Position numbers and translations under genes: made by a program. A stretch of DNA of 64,000 bases from positions 224,001 to 288,000 of the forward strand of contig CAVQBK010000003.1 of NCBI GenBank assembly GCA_963710755.1. The letters run 5' to 3'. Source of the stretch: an uncultured bacterium. Lineage in GTDB: Bacteria > Oederibacteriota > JAAXVQ01 > JAUVAV01. The notes beneath the pieces are model-generated. The model had not been told where the DNA came from, made no database searches, and saw only the letters and a list, made by a program, of their open reading frames with translations. Position 1 is the stretch's first letter. Each line of letters opens with the position of its first letter. This document shows, piece by piece, positions 27,292 through 37,600 of the stretch.

Positions 27292-28662
27292 TTACCGATC
27301 CCCCTGGACCGCCTCTTCATTCAGCAGGCCTTCAATATTCTCAACAACTAAAAAATTCAGCTCTTTGCCTCGTTTACGCTCCTCTAAAAACCCTTTCTTG
27401 GCCAGATCCAACAAATCCGACCGGGCCGTGCCCCAGGAGATGGCATTTGAATTTTGATAGTTTTTAATGGTATAGGCAAAGTCCTTATGGTTGATGGCAT
27501 GATTTAACAGATCGATCTGCCGATAGTTTAAATCCTCTCTTCTTTTTATCCTGGTTCTGAGCCGATGATAGTTAACCACTTTCTTTTCAACATAGGCTTC
27601 CAGCGCTTCGATACTTTTTCGAATAATACTTAGATGATAATAAATAAAATAATTTAAATCTCCGCCGTCGCATTCGGTATTTAAATAAGCCCTTTTATAT
27701 TGGCCTTTGGATTGATTGATCATTTCCGAAATGGAAACATATTCAAATAATTTATACTGCTTGCTAATCAGGTACCAATAAAACAATCCCCGGGCCGTCC
27801 GGCCGTTGCCGTCGGTAAAGGGATGGATATAACCGATCATAAAGTGGAGGATAATGGCTTTTATAACCGGGTGAACGAACTCCTGGTCGTCATTGGCAAA
27901 GTCACATAAGGCCTGGATTCTCTGCTCCACTTCTGCATAAGGGGGCGGTATAAACAAGACTTCCTGGTCCGCATCATGTACATTAACCTGTTCTTTTCTA
28001 AAAGAACCTTCTTCCTCAGGATTTTCCAACAACCCGGCAGTTAAATCTTGATGTATTTTTTTAATTAATTCCGGGGAGAGCTTTTGGGTTTTATACTGCT
28101 TGGTTATTTTAATAATCGCACTATAGTTATTGATGATCATTTTTTCATCCTGCGTTTTTGGTTTCTTGCCGGCCTTGATCATTTCCTTGGCTTGTTTGCG
28201 CGTGGTGGCCGCGCCTTCTATTTGGGATGAAGTGATGGCTTCTTCCATCAACGCGTGTATGATTCTTTGTTTCAGCCATTCTTCCTTGTGGTCTTCTTCG
28301 CCGGCATTTTGAAAAACCATATTATCCGAAAGATGGATATCGACATAGTGGATCTCTTTTAAGATGCTGTTGGTTAATTTATAGGAAAAGGGGCTATTTT
28401 TAATATCCACCAAGCCCTTGGTTTCCAGACTCTGCGAACGTAAAAAAATTTTCATATAAAGCCATAAGGTTAAATGATCATAACTGCTTTCCGGTAAGGG
28501 ACTATTAGAGAACTTGTTCCAGGTCCAGTACTCTTCATAGGCTTGATTAAGAAAAATGCTTAGTTCTTTTTTCGCGTGAAGCTGTTTATGAATCGTCAAT
28601 AACGTCATCATTAAATCATCATTGAGCTTTTCCACTATATTGGGAAAGTATGGTTTTTGCAC
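27292..28662 (-). CDS. Fic-domain protein with C-terminal wHTH
   Basis: HPFTDGNGRTAR catalytic motif; SSQIEG inhibitory motif. Confidence 0.92.
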   Translation of the reverse strand: MQKPYFPNIVEKLNDDLMMTLLTIHKQLHAKKELSIFLNQAYEEYWTWNKFSNSPLPESSYDHLTLWLYMKIFLRSQSLETKGLVDIKNSPFSYKLTNSILKEIHYVDIHLSDNMVFQNAGEEDHKEEWLKQRIIHALMEEAITSSQIEGAATTRKQAKEMIKAGKKPKTQDEKMIINNYSAIIKITKQYKTQKLSPELIKKIHQDLTAGLLENPEEEGSFRKEQVNVHDADQEVLFIPPPYAEVEQRIQALCDFANDDQEFVHPVIKAIILHFMIGYIHPFTDGNGRTARGLFYWYLISKQYKLFEYVSISEMINQSKGQYKRAYLNTECDGGDLNYFIYYHLSIIRKSIEALEAYVEKKVVNYHRLRTRIKRREDLNYRQIDLLNHAINHKDFAYTIKNYQNSNAISWGTARSDLLDLAKKGFLEERKRGKELNFLVVENIEGLLNEEAVQGDR

Positions 28663-29000
28663 TTTAATGCACCTTTTTCTATCAATTTATAAATTTTTAA
28701 TACTTGTTAACACTATATCAACAAAATCTATCAATTTAAATAAAATTAATACTTTGTTATATTTAACTATTAATATTTATTAGTTTTTAAATTTTTGATA
28801 CTTTGCTTGATGAATTTAGGATTAATTAAATTAAAAGACATTTTCATTTAATTAATTTTGGTTAAGTAAAAGAAGGCTTAATTATTAAGACGCTAATTAA
28901 AGGAATCTCAGTGGATAGCACCAAAATTACCGCATATATTTTTATCCGGTCGAAAAATCGGTGGCTGGCGCCAAAACCCCGACTCTATGATTGGCCGTCC

Positions 29001-30158
29001 TCACTCTACGCCTTCATTCAACAGCCCTATATACGCACTGTAGGCATATATCCTACCCCGCTGTTTACCGCTGATTTCTTTGACGATCCCCAAACGCTCA
29101 AGCTGATTAAAGGCCGACACAATGGTGGGGGTGGTCAGGCCTGTCAGCTTTTTCATTTTTTTAATCGATAAAATGAGATGTTGCTCCATTTCACGGTGGA
29201 GGCGGAGGGCCGTGGTGGCACCTCTGCCGGTCTGCTGCAGGGCTTGCCGGTCTTGATTAACCAAAGCCATTAGTCTCTTGGCTGTATCCACGGCATTGCC
29301 CGCTGTTTCAATGAGGCCATCGGCAAAGAAGTCGAGCCAACTTTCCCAGTCTCCTTCAAGGCGCACCTGCTCCAGCAACTTGTAATACATCTCTTTATGT
29401 TTTTTAAAGTAAAGACTCATATACAGCATGGGCTGGGATAGTATTTTTTCTGTATATAATAATAATGTAATCAGCAACCTGCCGATACGGCCGTTGCCAT
29501 CCAAAAAGGGATGGATCGTTTCAAACTGCACATGGGCCAGCGCCACTTTGATTAAAGCCGGTGTTCTGGTTTCCGCATTATGCAGGTACTTTTCAAAAGC
29601 ATCAAGACACTCCATTAATAATTCCGGCGGTGGGGGCACAAAGCCGGCATTGCCCGGTCTGGTGCCGCCCACCCAATTTTGACTTTTTCTGAATTCTCCG
29701 GGATTTTTACCGGCCCCCCTTCCCTGGGATAACAGCACTTGGTGTATTTCCCGGATAAGACGCAATGACAGAGGAAACCCTTCTTCCATCCGTTTTAACC
29801 CATGATTGAGTGCAGCGACATATTGAGAAACTTCCTCCACATCATCGATTGGTACCCCGGGCATGGCTTCCGATTCATAAATGAGCAAATCTGAAAGGGA
29901 CGATTGCGTGCCTTCGATCCTGGAGGACATCACCGCCTCTTTACGGATATAAGCATATATAAAATAGGTAATATCGGGCAACAAGATCGCCGCACTGTCG
30001 AGCCGTCCTAAGCTGATTAAAGCCTGATCCAGTTTCAGACGTAAACCATCGTCAATAGCCAATTTCTTAAAATCCGGTATGGGATAGGGGACAAAGGCCT
30101 TGACCTGTTCATCATAAACAGTTGTTGTAATATATCGTCCTGTTACCTCTTTAGTCAT
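29001..30158 (-). CDS. Fic-domain protein (Fic_N + Fic + HTH)
   Basis: HPFLDGNGRIGR; SSRIEG; PGEFRKSQNWVGG. Confidence 0.93.
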   Translation of the reverse strand: MTKEVTGRYITTTVYDEQVKAFVPYPIPDFKKLAIDDGLRLKLDQALISLGRLDSAAILLPDITYFIYAYIRKEAVMSSRIEGTQSSLSDLLIYESEAMPGVPIDDVEEVSQYVAALNHGLKRMEEGFPLSLRLIREIHQVLLSQGRGAGKNPGEFRKSQNWVGGTRPGNAGFVPPPPELLMECLDAFEKYLHNAETRTPALIKVALAHVQFETIHPFLDGNGRIGRLLITLLLYTEKILSQPMLYMSLYFKKHKEMYYKLLEQVRLEGDWESWLDFFADGLIETAGNAVDTAKRLMALVNQDRQALQQTGRGATTALRLHREMEQHLILSIKKMKKLTGLTTPTIVSAFNQLERLGIVKEISGKQRGRIYAYSAYIGLLNEGVE

Positions 30159-30348
30159 GACATCCTCTTAATTAAAGTATATCGGATTTAGATTTAATTA
30201 AATTTATTTTAGTAAAAGAAAGCTTATTTGGCAACTTATTAATTAAAGTATAACTGTTTTTCTTTTAATTAATAGAAAATAACGCTGGAGACGCCATATT
30301 TATTTGCCATGACTGTTCTAGTCAATAGGGTCGGGAAATTGGTGGCTG

Positions 30349-30534
30349 TTACCGGTTGCGCCTATAATTTTCCACGCTGCGGTCATAGGTCTTTTCCGCT
30401 TTGGCGTCAAAATAACAAGCCGGCAATTCGCCCCTCTTGCGGTGATAGTGAAGGCATTCACAGCAGAGGCCCTTGCGGGAACAGGGGTAGGAACAATTGC
30501 AGTCGTTTCTATTATGCTCTTGTTTGCATTCCAC
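30349..30534 (-). CDS. Small Cys-rich DUF6485-like protein, copy 1
   Basis: [29 protein letters not shown]; lies in 237-bp repeat 30341-30577. Confidence 0.8.
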   Translation of the reverse strand: MECKQEHNRNDCNCSYPCSRKGLCCECLHYHRKRGELPACYFDAKAEKTYDRSVENYRRNR

Positions 30535-30656
30535 CGGCTGATCTCCCCTACAAAAATCTTTCTTCCATTCCGGCGTTTGATAACACGAATATGGATCTTA
30601 TTTGACCCTTCGAATGCCGGGAGCCTTCGCGCTTGGCATCCCTTAAAGCTGCTGCT

Positions 30657-31751
30657 TCATTTAATTTCATCTTTCACTTCCGGAACCCGTATAAATAAAT
30701 TAAACAACTTGTGATTGATATAATAAATCGAATTGCCCATCTTCTTTTTCTTTAAAAATCCACCATCTACCAATTCGTTTAAATATTTTGTGGCCGTGAT
30801 CCTGGTTATGTTTAAATCCCGTTTCAGAAAATCTATTTTCGTATAGGGATGAAAAAATAAATTGTTTAAAAGATCCTGGCTATAAAAGCGGTATTTTTGG
30901 CGAATCTCATGCTTGTAGGCCATCATTAATTCTCTGATTTTCAGGATGATGTGTATGGTTTGACGCGACGTTTGTTCAATCCCGGCAAGTATGAATAAAA
31001 TCCATTCTTCCCAAGCTTCCCGATCCCGTACGGCTTGTAAAAGACGATAATAATCATTTTTATTTTTAATAATGTATCGGCTGAGGTACAGCACCGGTAT
31101 GTTTAATAACTTTTTTTGAACCAAATATAAAATATTGAGGATGCGTCCTGTCCTTCCATTGCCGTCATAAAAAGGATGGATGCTTTCAAATTGATGGTGA
31201 ATCACCGCCATCTTAATTAAAGGATCTATCGGCGAAATGTGATCATCATTGATATACTTCTCCAAGTTATTCATCAAACGCAAAATATCATCGGCATTTT
31301 GTGGTGGCGTATAGACCGTCTCACCGGTTTGATTATTTTTGAGTTCTGTTCCTGGAAGTTTTCGATATCCGGCCTTATGTTTAACCAATTCAGATTGAAT
31401 TTCCAGTATAGTGTTGCTGGTCAACATGCCGCTCTTTTGCACCAACTGGAATCCTTTTTTCAATGCAATGGCATAATTTTGAACCTCTTTGGTTGCCGGA
31501 CTGGTTTGCATCTCTTTAAAAAGACCAAGTTTAAACAATTCATCTTGGGTGGTAATAATATTTTCAATTGCAGAACTATCCTTAGCTTCCTGAAGGCCTA
31601 ACGAATTGATTAAAATATTTTGATTGGGTATGGTTTGCGAAATGCCTTTTAGTTCTGCTAAATATCTGTGCGCTCGGGCTGCTTTTTTTAATATCTCCTT
31701 TGATTCAAGATCCGCTTTGGGCGGCAGATTATTTAACTGGTACATGGGCAC
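30657..31751 (-). CDS. Fic-domain protein (SoFic-like)
   Basis: EAKDSSAIENIITTQDEL; HPFYDGNGRTGR. Confidence 0.93.
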   Translation of the reverse strand: MPMYQLNNLPPKADLESKEILKKAARAHRYLAELKGISQTIPNQNILINSLGLQEAKDSSAIENIITTQDELFKLGLFKEMQTSPATKEVQNYAIALKKGFQLVQKSGMLTSNTILEIQSELVKHKAGYRKLPGTELKNNQTGETVYTPPQNADDILRLMNNLEKYINDDHISPIDPLIKMAVIHHQFESIHPFYDGNGRTGRILNILYLVQKKLLNIPVLYLSRYIIKNKNDYYRLLQAVRDREAWEEWILFILAGIEQTSRQTIHIILKIRELMMAYKHEIRQKYRFYSQDLLNNLFFHPYTKIDFLKRDLNITRITATKYLNELVDGGFLKKKKMGNSIYYINHKLFNLFIRVPEVKDEIK

Positions 31752-31962
31752 ATTTAACTCCTGGGCGCAGTTATGTATAAAAACATTAAAATTTTATATA
31801 TTGTGCAATAAGTATGTATATTTTTAACCATTTATTATACATGCGATTGTAATTATCCTTTTTTATCAAGCATTTTATGGTACTTCATTTTTATGGTCTT
31901 ATTGCCTTTTTGATCTGAATGTCAATAAAAAAGACGGTTTTTGAAATTGTAGAGGGGGTATC

Positions 31963-32100
31963 GGGGACGCTCTTAACTAATCCAACTTAAGCTTTTTGTT
32001 CCCCACTATTTCCACGTCCTCGCCAATACCTTGCTGGACTGCCTCATCGCTTATCCCCAAATATTTCCCTATCCCGGTTTTAGAGTGGCTACCTGGGACG
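31963..32100 (-). pseudogene. RAYT C-terminal remnant with terminus
   Basis: IGKYLGISDEAVQQGIGEDVEIVGNKKLKLD* followed by TTAAGAGCGTCCCC. Confidence 0.7.
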
Positions 32101-32166
32101 TCCTTCGATAATATGATATCCCTTGTGCAGTGCAATTTTGCAGTCGCGTGCAATAATAGCCGGCAC

Positions 32167-32511
32167 CTATTTCGAAGGAAGTAGTCTGGCCATTTGGCTG
32201 ACCAATTCAGGCACATGCTGCTTGGCTACTCTCCACAAAAGTTCATCTTCGATTTCTCCGTATTCGTGGGCAATGACATTTCTTTGAGCAATAATCTTTC
32301 CCCATGGAATTTGAGGATTATTTTTTTGAAAGGACTTTGATACTTTATTGGCAGCTTCACCAATAATTTCAATATTTCTTTCTATCGCATTTCGAAGTTT
32401 TCTATCTGAAGCATAATCATGATAGGTCTGATCAGCTATGAATTCCATAACCGCTTTCCCTGCATCCAGCATATCCCACAGGTAGGCCAGATCCCTCTCT
32501 TCAGGCTGCAT
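32167..32511 (-). CDS. HepT-like (DUF86) HEPN toxin
   Basis: AIERNIEIIGEAA, IPW...RNVIAHEYG (RX4HXY). Confidence 0.92.
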   Translation of the reverse strand: MQPEERDLAYLWDMLDAGKAVMEFIADQTYHDYASDRKLRNAIERNIEIIGEAANKVSKSFQKNNPQIPWGKIIAQRNVIAHEYGEIEDELLWRVAKQHVPELVSQMARLLPSK

Positions 32512-32803
32512 AAATAACCTCTCGATTATCAAGGATGGCTTGCCTGCGATAAGGATTCCTTATTCCTTTCTTGGATACCAGGTCGACTTTTTTCAAAAAC
32601 AAGGCCTCCAGCTCATGCTGCATATCAATCCAATCGTATAGACTCCAGCCGGAATTATTGAGAAACTCCACCAGCACATCAACATCGCTGTTGGAGGTAA
32701 AATCGTCACGAAGAACAGAACCAAAAAATGAAAGTTCCGCTATCTTCCATTTTTGGCAAAAATCTCTTATTTTTTGGTGATCAATACTGATGTGAGGACT
32801 CAT
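32501..32803 (-). CDS. MntA-like minimal nucleotidyltransferase antitoxin
   Basis: FFGSVLRDDFTSNSDVDVLVEF (GSX10DXD), KVDLV. Confidence 0.93.
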   Translation of the reverse strand: MSPHISIDHQKIRDFCQKWKIAELSFFGSVLRDDFTSNSDVDVLVEFLNNSGWSLYDWIDMQHELEALFLKKVDLVSKKGIRNPYRRQAILDNREVIYAA

Positions 32804-32940
32804 TTTTATTCCTTAACCAAGTGATGAATTTATGATGACAGATATTTGATGACGAGGCAATATTTTATTGTTGTCTAAGCTGTCAATAACAATAGCATGC
32901 ACCGGTTGAGATCCATCGGTATGAGAAAAACCGGTGGCTG

Positions 32941-33126
32941 TTACCGGTTGCGCCTATAATTTTCCACGCTGCGGTCATAGGTCTTTTCCGCTTTGGCGTC
33001 AAAATAACAAGCCGGCAATTCGCCCATCTTGCGGTGATAGTGAAGGCATTCACAGCAGAGGCCCTTGCGGGAACAGGGGTAGGAACAATTGCAGTCGTTT
33101 CTATTATGCTCTTGTTTGCATTCCAC
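32941..33126 (-). CDS. Small Cys-rich DUF6485-like protein, copy 2
   Basis: One substitution (R/M) versus copy 1; lies in repeat 32933-33169. Confidence 0.8.
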   Translation of the reverse strand: MECKQEHNRNDCNCSYPCSRKGLCCECLHYHRKMGELPACYFDAKAEKTYDRSVENYRRNR

Positions 33127-33198
33127 CGGCTGATCTCCCCTACAAAAATCTTTCTTCCATTCCGGCGTTATATCCAACCTGGAACTATCGGTTGGCCG

Positions 33199-33228
33199 TG
33201 CAGGGTACAGGCAGGCCGGTACCCTGCA
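33199..33228. repeat. GC-rich hairpin at the island right edge
   Basis: TGCAGGGTAC...GTACCCTGCA 10-bp inverted repeat. Confidence 0.5.
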
Positions 33229-33300
33229 ACAAGGTTTTTTTAAATGCTGCCCAAGGATGAGGTCGCACTTCTTTTTATTACACCCTGAACATTAATAGCA

Positions 33301-33981
33301 TCAGGCCGTCCTTTTTTTACTTCTGCTTTTCTGCTTAACCGCTTTAACCGCCGCGATCAAGGGTTTATAGCGTTTGGCCTGTTCATCGAATTCATAAAAT
33401 TTGGCATGTTTGATGTCAAACCACCAGGCATGAAGCTGCAGGGTGCCCTGATTGATCCGTCGGTAGATGGGGGGATAGGTTTTGAGATGGCTCAATTGCA
33501 TGAGCACATTAAGCTGGGAGATTTGATTGAGATCGGACAAGGACTCATCGATCTCCACGGTCTCCTCCACCTCCGCGATGGAAGCACGCTGCAGGCGTAG
33601 CCATGATTCCAGATTGGGCATGCCGTCCAACGCCATGCCCTGATAAATGACCTGCATGGCCCCGCATTCGGAATGGCCGCAGACGATGATGTCCTTGACG
33701 TCTAATTGAAAAAGCGCGTACTCAATGGCCGCGCCTACAGAAACGCTTCCGGCCGAGAGGCCGCCCGGTCCGCAAGGCGGGACCATGTTGCCGATATTGC
33801 GGATGATGAACAAGTCCCCCGGTTGGCCTGAGGTCATGGCGGAAGGCAAAATGCGGCTGTCCGCACAGGTCAAAAACAGGGCCTGCGGTTTCTGCCCTTT
33901 GATCAAGGGCGCGATTTTCTTTTGATAGTGGGCTTGCTGTTCCAGCTCGAATTTTTTAATGCCCTCTATGAGTCTTTTCAT
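33301..33981 (-). CDS. Beta-class carbonic anhydrase
   Basis: CADSR, RNIGN, CGHSECGAM. Confidence 0.95.
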   Translation of the reverse strand: MKRLIEGIKKFELEQQAHYQKKIAPLIKGQKPQALFLTCADSRILPSAMTSGQPGDLFIIRNIGNMVPPCGPGGLSAGSVSVGAAIEYALFQLDVKDIIVCGHSECGAMQVIYQGMALDGMPNLESWLRLQRASIAEVEETVEIDESLSDLNQISQLNVLMQLSHLKTYPPIYRRINQGTLQLHAWWFDIKHAKFYEFDEQAKRYKPLIAAVKAVKQKSRSKKRTA

Positions 33982-34050
33982 TTGCGCTCCTGTAAGGGAT
34001 TAGCGGCGCCCACCCTGGCCGCCATGGTCTGTGCCCATTGCCCGGCTGGT

Positions 34051-34578
34051 TTAGGGGACGCGGTCAAAAAAAGGATTCTTGGCCTGGGCGGACAGGGGTA
34101 CGCCATAGGCAATCTTAACCTTCTCACCCAGCAGCTGGAGCGAGAGCGCGGCCATGCCCATGCTGTACATCACCCGGTTGTCGGCATGATGCAGCCCGGC
34201 CACCGCCACCGCCGAACCCAGGGCAATGCCCAGATCGCCGGTGTTGAAGGCGCAGATGCCGTTCTGGGTGCGGTTGTCAGCGCAGTCCCTAAACCCGCAC
34301 AGTCCGCAATACTTGAGGTCCATGGTTTTAATTTTGGTACCCACGAGCATGGCCACTTCGGCATGCTCGCGCACATTGGCTGCGTCGCGCAGGAAAGAGG
34401 GCACTTGTTGTTCCTTGCCCAGCCGTTCCATTTCCCCGGCCAGGGTAAGTAAATCCGCTTTTTCCAAAATAGCGATTTCCAGATTATCCTGACCCCGGCC
34501 CTTGGGCGCGGTGACCGCAGCCAGCACCATCTTGTGAGCCACGTCCATTAAGGCTTGTTGTTCCGCATGCTGTATCAT
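34051..34578 (-). CDS. Ferredoxin-domain (DUF2148-like) protein
   Basis: TAPKGRGQD, CGLCGFRDC, DLGIALGSA, DNRVMYSMG. Confidence 0.85.
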   Translation of the reverse strand: MIQHAEQQALMDVAHKMVLAAVTAPKGRGQDNLEIAILEKADLLTLAGEMERLGKEQQVPSFLRDAANVREHAEVAMLVGTKIKTMDLKYCGLCGFRDCADNRTQNGICAFNTGDLGIALGSAVAVAGLHHADNRVMYSMGMAALSLQLLGEKVKIAYGVPLSAQAKNPFFDRVP

Positions 34579-34693
34579 TGTTTCTCCCAGTTAAAGGTTT
34601 TTTCACAGAAACGCGGGAAGAAAAACTTTTATGGATCGCTGCGCGATCATCCCAAAATGATCCTGTGATAAACAGCTTTTATTTACCGCGTGG

Positions 34694-37600
34694 TCACTCC
34701 TGTGACAGTTTAACCAACCCCAGGGCCTGACGCTTGACCCAGCCTTGATGGCCGGCATCGAGGGCCACTTTGATCCAGGCCTCTTCCTGCTCCAGGACCG
34801 CCATACTCATCCCTTCCGGCAAATCAAGCAGGGCCTCGGCTTTGGGATAAGGCCGCAACCGCAGAGGCGCCTGGTTGCTGAGCACCACGGCCTTCTGCCA
34901 CCACAGCGGTTCGCTGGAGCGGGCCGTGGCCCAGAGCACGGTCAGCAGCAGGGCCAACGCCGCCAGGCCTGAACAGAGCTTTAAGGGATTTCCAGCCTGC
35001 GCCCACGGTCCTTCTTTTGCATCCATGACTTTGCGGCCAGCGGCAGGGTTATTTAAAATACCAAAGGAGCGCGGCCAAAGCAACCATAACATCAACAGCA
35101 CGATTAAGATCCAATAAAGGACCACCACCGCGATCCATAATTCATCGGCTGTAAAATACTGATAGAGGTTCTGTATTGCCAGTACCCAGGCCGATGATTC
35201 CAAATTAAGATCCCTGATGGTGGTTAGGCCGTGCACGGTCTTAAGATTAAAAGCAATCGCCTGATCGCGCGGCGCCAGCCAATGAGCGCGCTCATAGGCC
35301 AACACCGCATCCCCCAGGCGGCCCTGGTGCACATAGCAATTGCCCAGGTTAAAATACACGGGACCACCGGCCGCACCCTGATTGAGCAGATCGGTGTAAA
35401 TTTTTTCCGCTTCCTGAAGCCGTCCCTGGTCCATAAACGCATTGGCCTGAGTAAACCGGGCCGCCTGATCCTGGGCCAGCGCCGGATGGGGCGCAAGCAA
35501 GGGCAGCAACAGCACCAGGGCCACTTTAATCTGCTGCTTGGCGTCCTTTTCCTTTTGCTTCCATACGGCCTCAAAAGCACGGAGGGCTGTTTTTAAATCC
35601 TTGTGCAAGGCATGCATATCCTTGGCCGGCAGGGTTACGGCCGCGTAACGCACATATTCACAAGCCGTCAAGGCCACTTTAAAACGGGCCACCAGAGCCT
35701 GAGGAATCTCATTGGCCTTGAAATAACCGGCCAGGCGTTCGGCGCTGATGTAGCTGTTGGGTACTTTAAATTTGGCGGCCAGGTAGTCGGTGGTGATTTT
35801 GGTGAGGCCGTCATAAAAGGTACGGATGGCGCCGTCATAGATGGCGTGTTTTAAGCGGCGCATGGCTTTTTTGGCTTGGGTATAGGCCTGCCGCCTGCGC
35901 CAAGCCTGTTCATCCGCCAATAGGTTGTCCTGGCGGCGGCGCCAGCCAAAGGCGCCCAGCAGCAACAATGGTCCCAAAGCCTGCACCACCCAGAAGCTCC
36001 AGTGATGAACCCAGGAACCACTTAGGTCCGTTCGGCCGGTCAGCGCATGCTTGTTGGGCTGCAAGGATAAGGTGGCACTGTCCAAGGCGGGCGTGATAAT
36101 CGTCTGGCTTTCTGTTTTTGGCCGGCCGCTGACCGTCACCCCCGGGATGGACATGCTCACCGTCTGCCAGGTTTTGAGTTCAGGATCAAAAGCCCGCACC
36201 CGGGCCGGGCCCAGAGCAAAGACCCCCGGTTTTTCAAACACCACCAGATAATGGTAATTCCGTCGGCTGAATATAACCTTGTCCCGGGGATCTACGGTAT
36301 CCTCTATTTTTTCCAGATACACCCGGCAGCCGGACACTGCCGCCAGCAATGGTTCCGGCGCGCTGCTCAAATTGCCCTGGCCGCTTAAGGTAAGCGCGAG
36401 CATGACCGGCCGGCCCGTGCGTGGCGCTGTATCCTGTTGCCAGGCCGCCTGTCCTTGAAAGCAGCCTACCAAGACTTGCTGCTTATGCAGCCCCTGGACA
36501 TCCTTGGGCAGGGGCAGTACCTTGACACTGAGCACATCGGTCAGGTATTGCTGCTGTTTGTTTTTCACACTGATGACCGCCTTGCCCATGGCAATGGAAA
36601 AGGTTCCCGGCCTGATGGGAAACAGAGCGGTGCGGTAATGACGCTCCAACAACCGCTGCTTGGTGCTGGAAATTTGCTCTTCCTTTTGCAAAGGTGGCAA
36701 CGGTTCGGTAATAAAGCCGGAGAGCATGGGTGGCGTATAGGCCATGGTGGTGTGCTCATCGCTGACGTATTGAAGCTTGATGGTCAGGGTGACCTGCTGG
36801 TTGACATAGGCCTGATCCTTGTCCAAATAAGCCTCGAACACCACGCCGTCTTTATCCGCACTCTCCAGCTTGGGCGCTGCCGGCACCAGAGCTTGCCCGG
36901 TTTTGCCTACCCCGCTGAAGCGGCGACGGTAGGTAATACCTGAATTGGTGCCTTCCACCCTGATCTTGAGTTTTTGGCTGCTGTAGGTCTTGTTGCCCAC
37001 TTTGACCCGAATGGGCTCAATCTCAAACAAGCCCGGCTGTTTGCCCAGGTAGACCACGCTAATGAGCCGGTGATGCCAGAGTTGGCCTTGCACGGAAAGA
37101 GGACCAGTGGTCTGGCTGCGGTTGATAATTTCAAAATAGGACAGCTTGGGCAAAATCACCTTGCCCAGGGCATGATTGCTTTTGGCGAGAATATCCACCT
37201 GCAGCGTAAAACTTTCATCCAGATGCACCCGGTCATGATCCAAACTGACGCTTAGTCGCACCGGCTTGCGTCCAGCCGCTGACTCGGGCTCATCGTGGGT
37301 TATAGGCTCCGTGGCCAGCTCCACTTCATTGTCCGCAAGCCAGCCGCCATTGCCCTGCAATGCATCTCCGCCGGGCAGGCTGCGTTCCTGCACGGTATCG
37401 GGCGACACGCTGTAATTTTTAATCATCCCTGTTTTAGGCTTCCCGGTTGGTGTGGCCCAGGGTTTAGGTGACGCCGTTGAGGCCGGCTCCGCGTCCAGTA
37501 TGGGCTCCGTGCTCAGTTCGGCTTCTTCCTGTTCGCGCGCCAGCATAGGTTTGAGCTGCTGATCATAGATTGCCTGATTGACGTTTGGCACTGCCGGTTG

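Noticed and set aside
10537-33169. CRISPR array or classical integron explanation for the island repeats
   Set aside because: No regularly spaced 25-45 bp repeats with unique spacers, no cas genes, no intI, and only one attC-like site.
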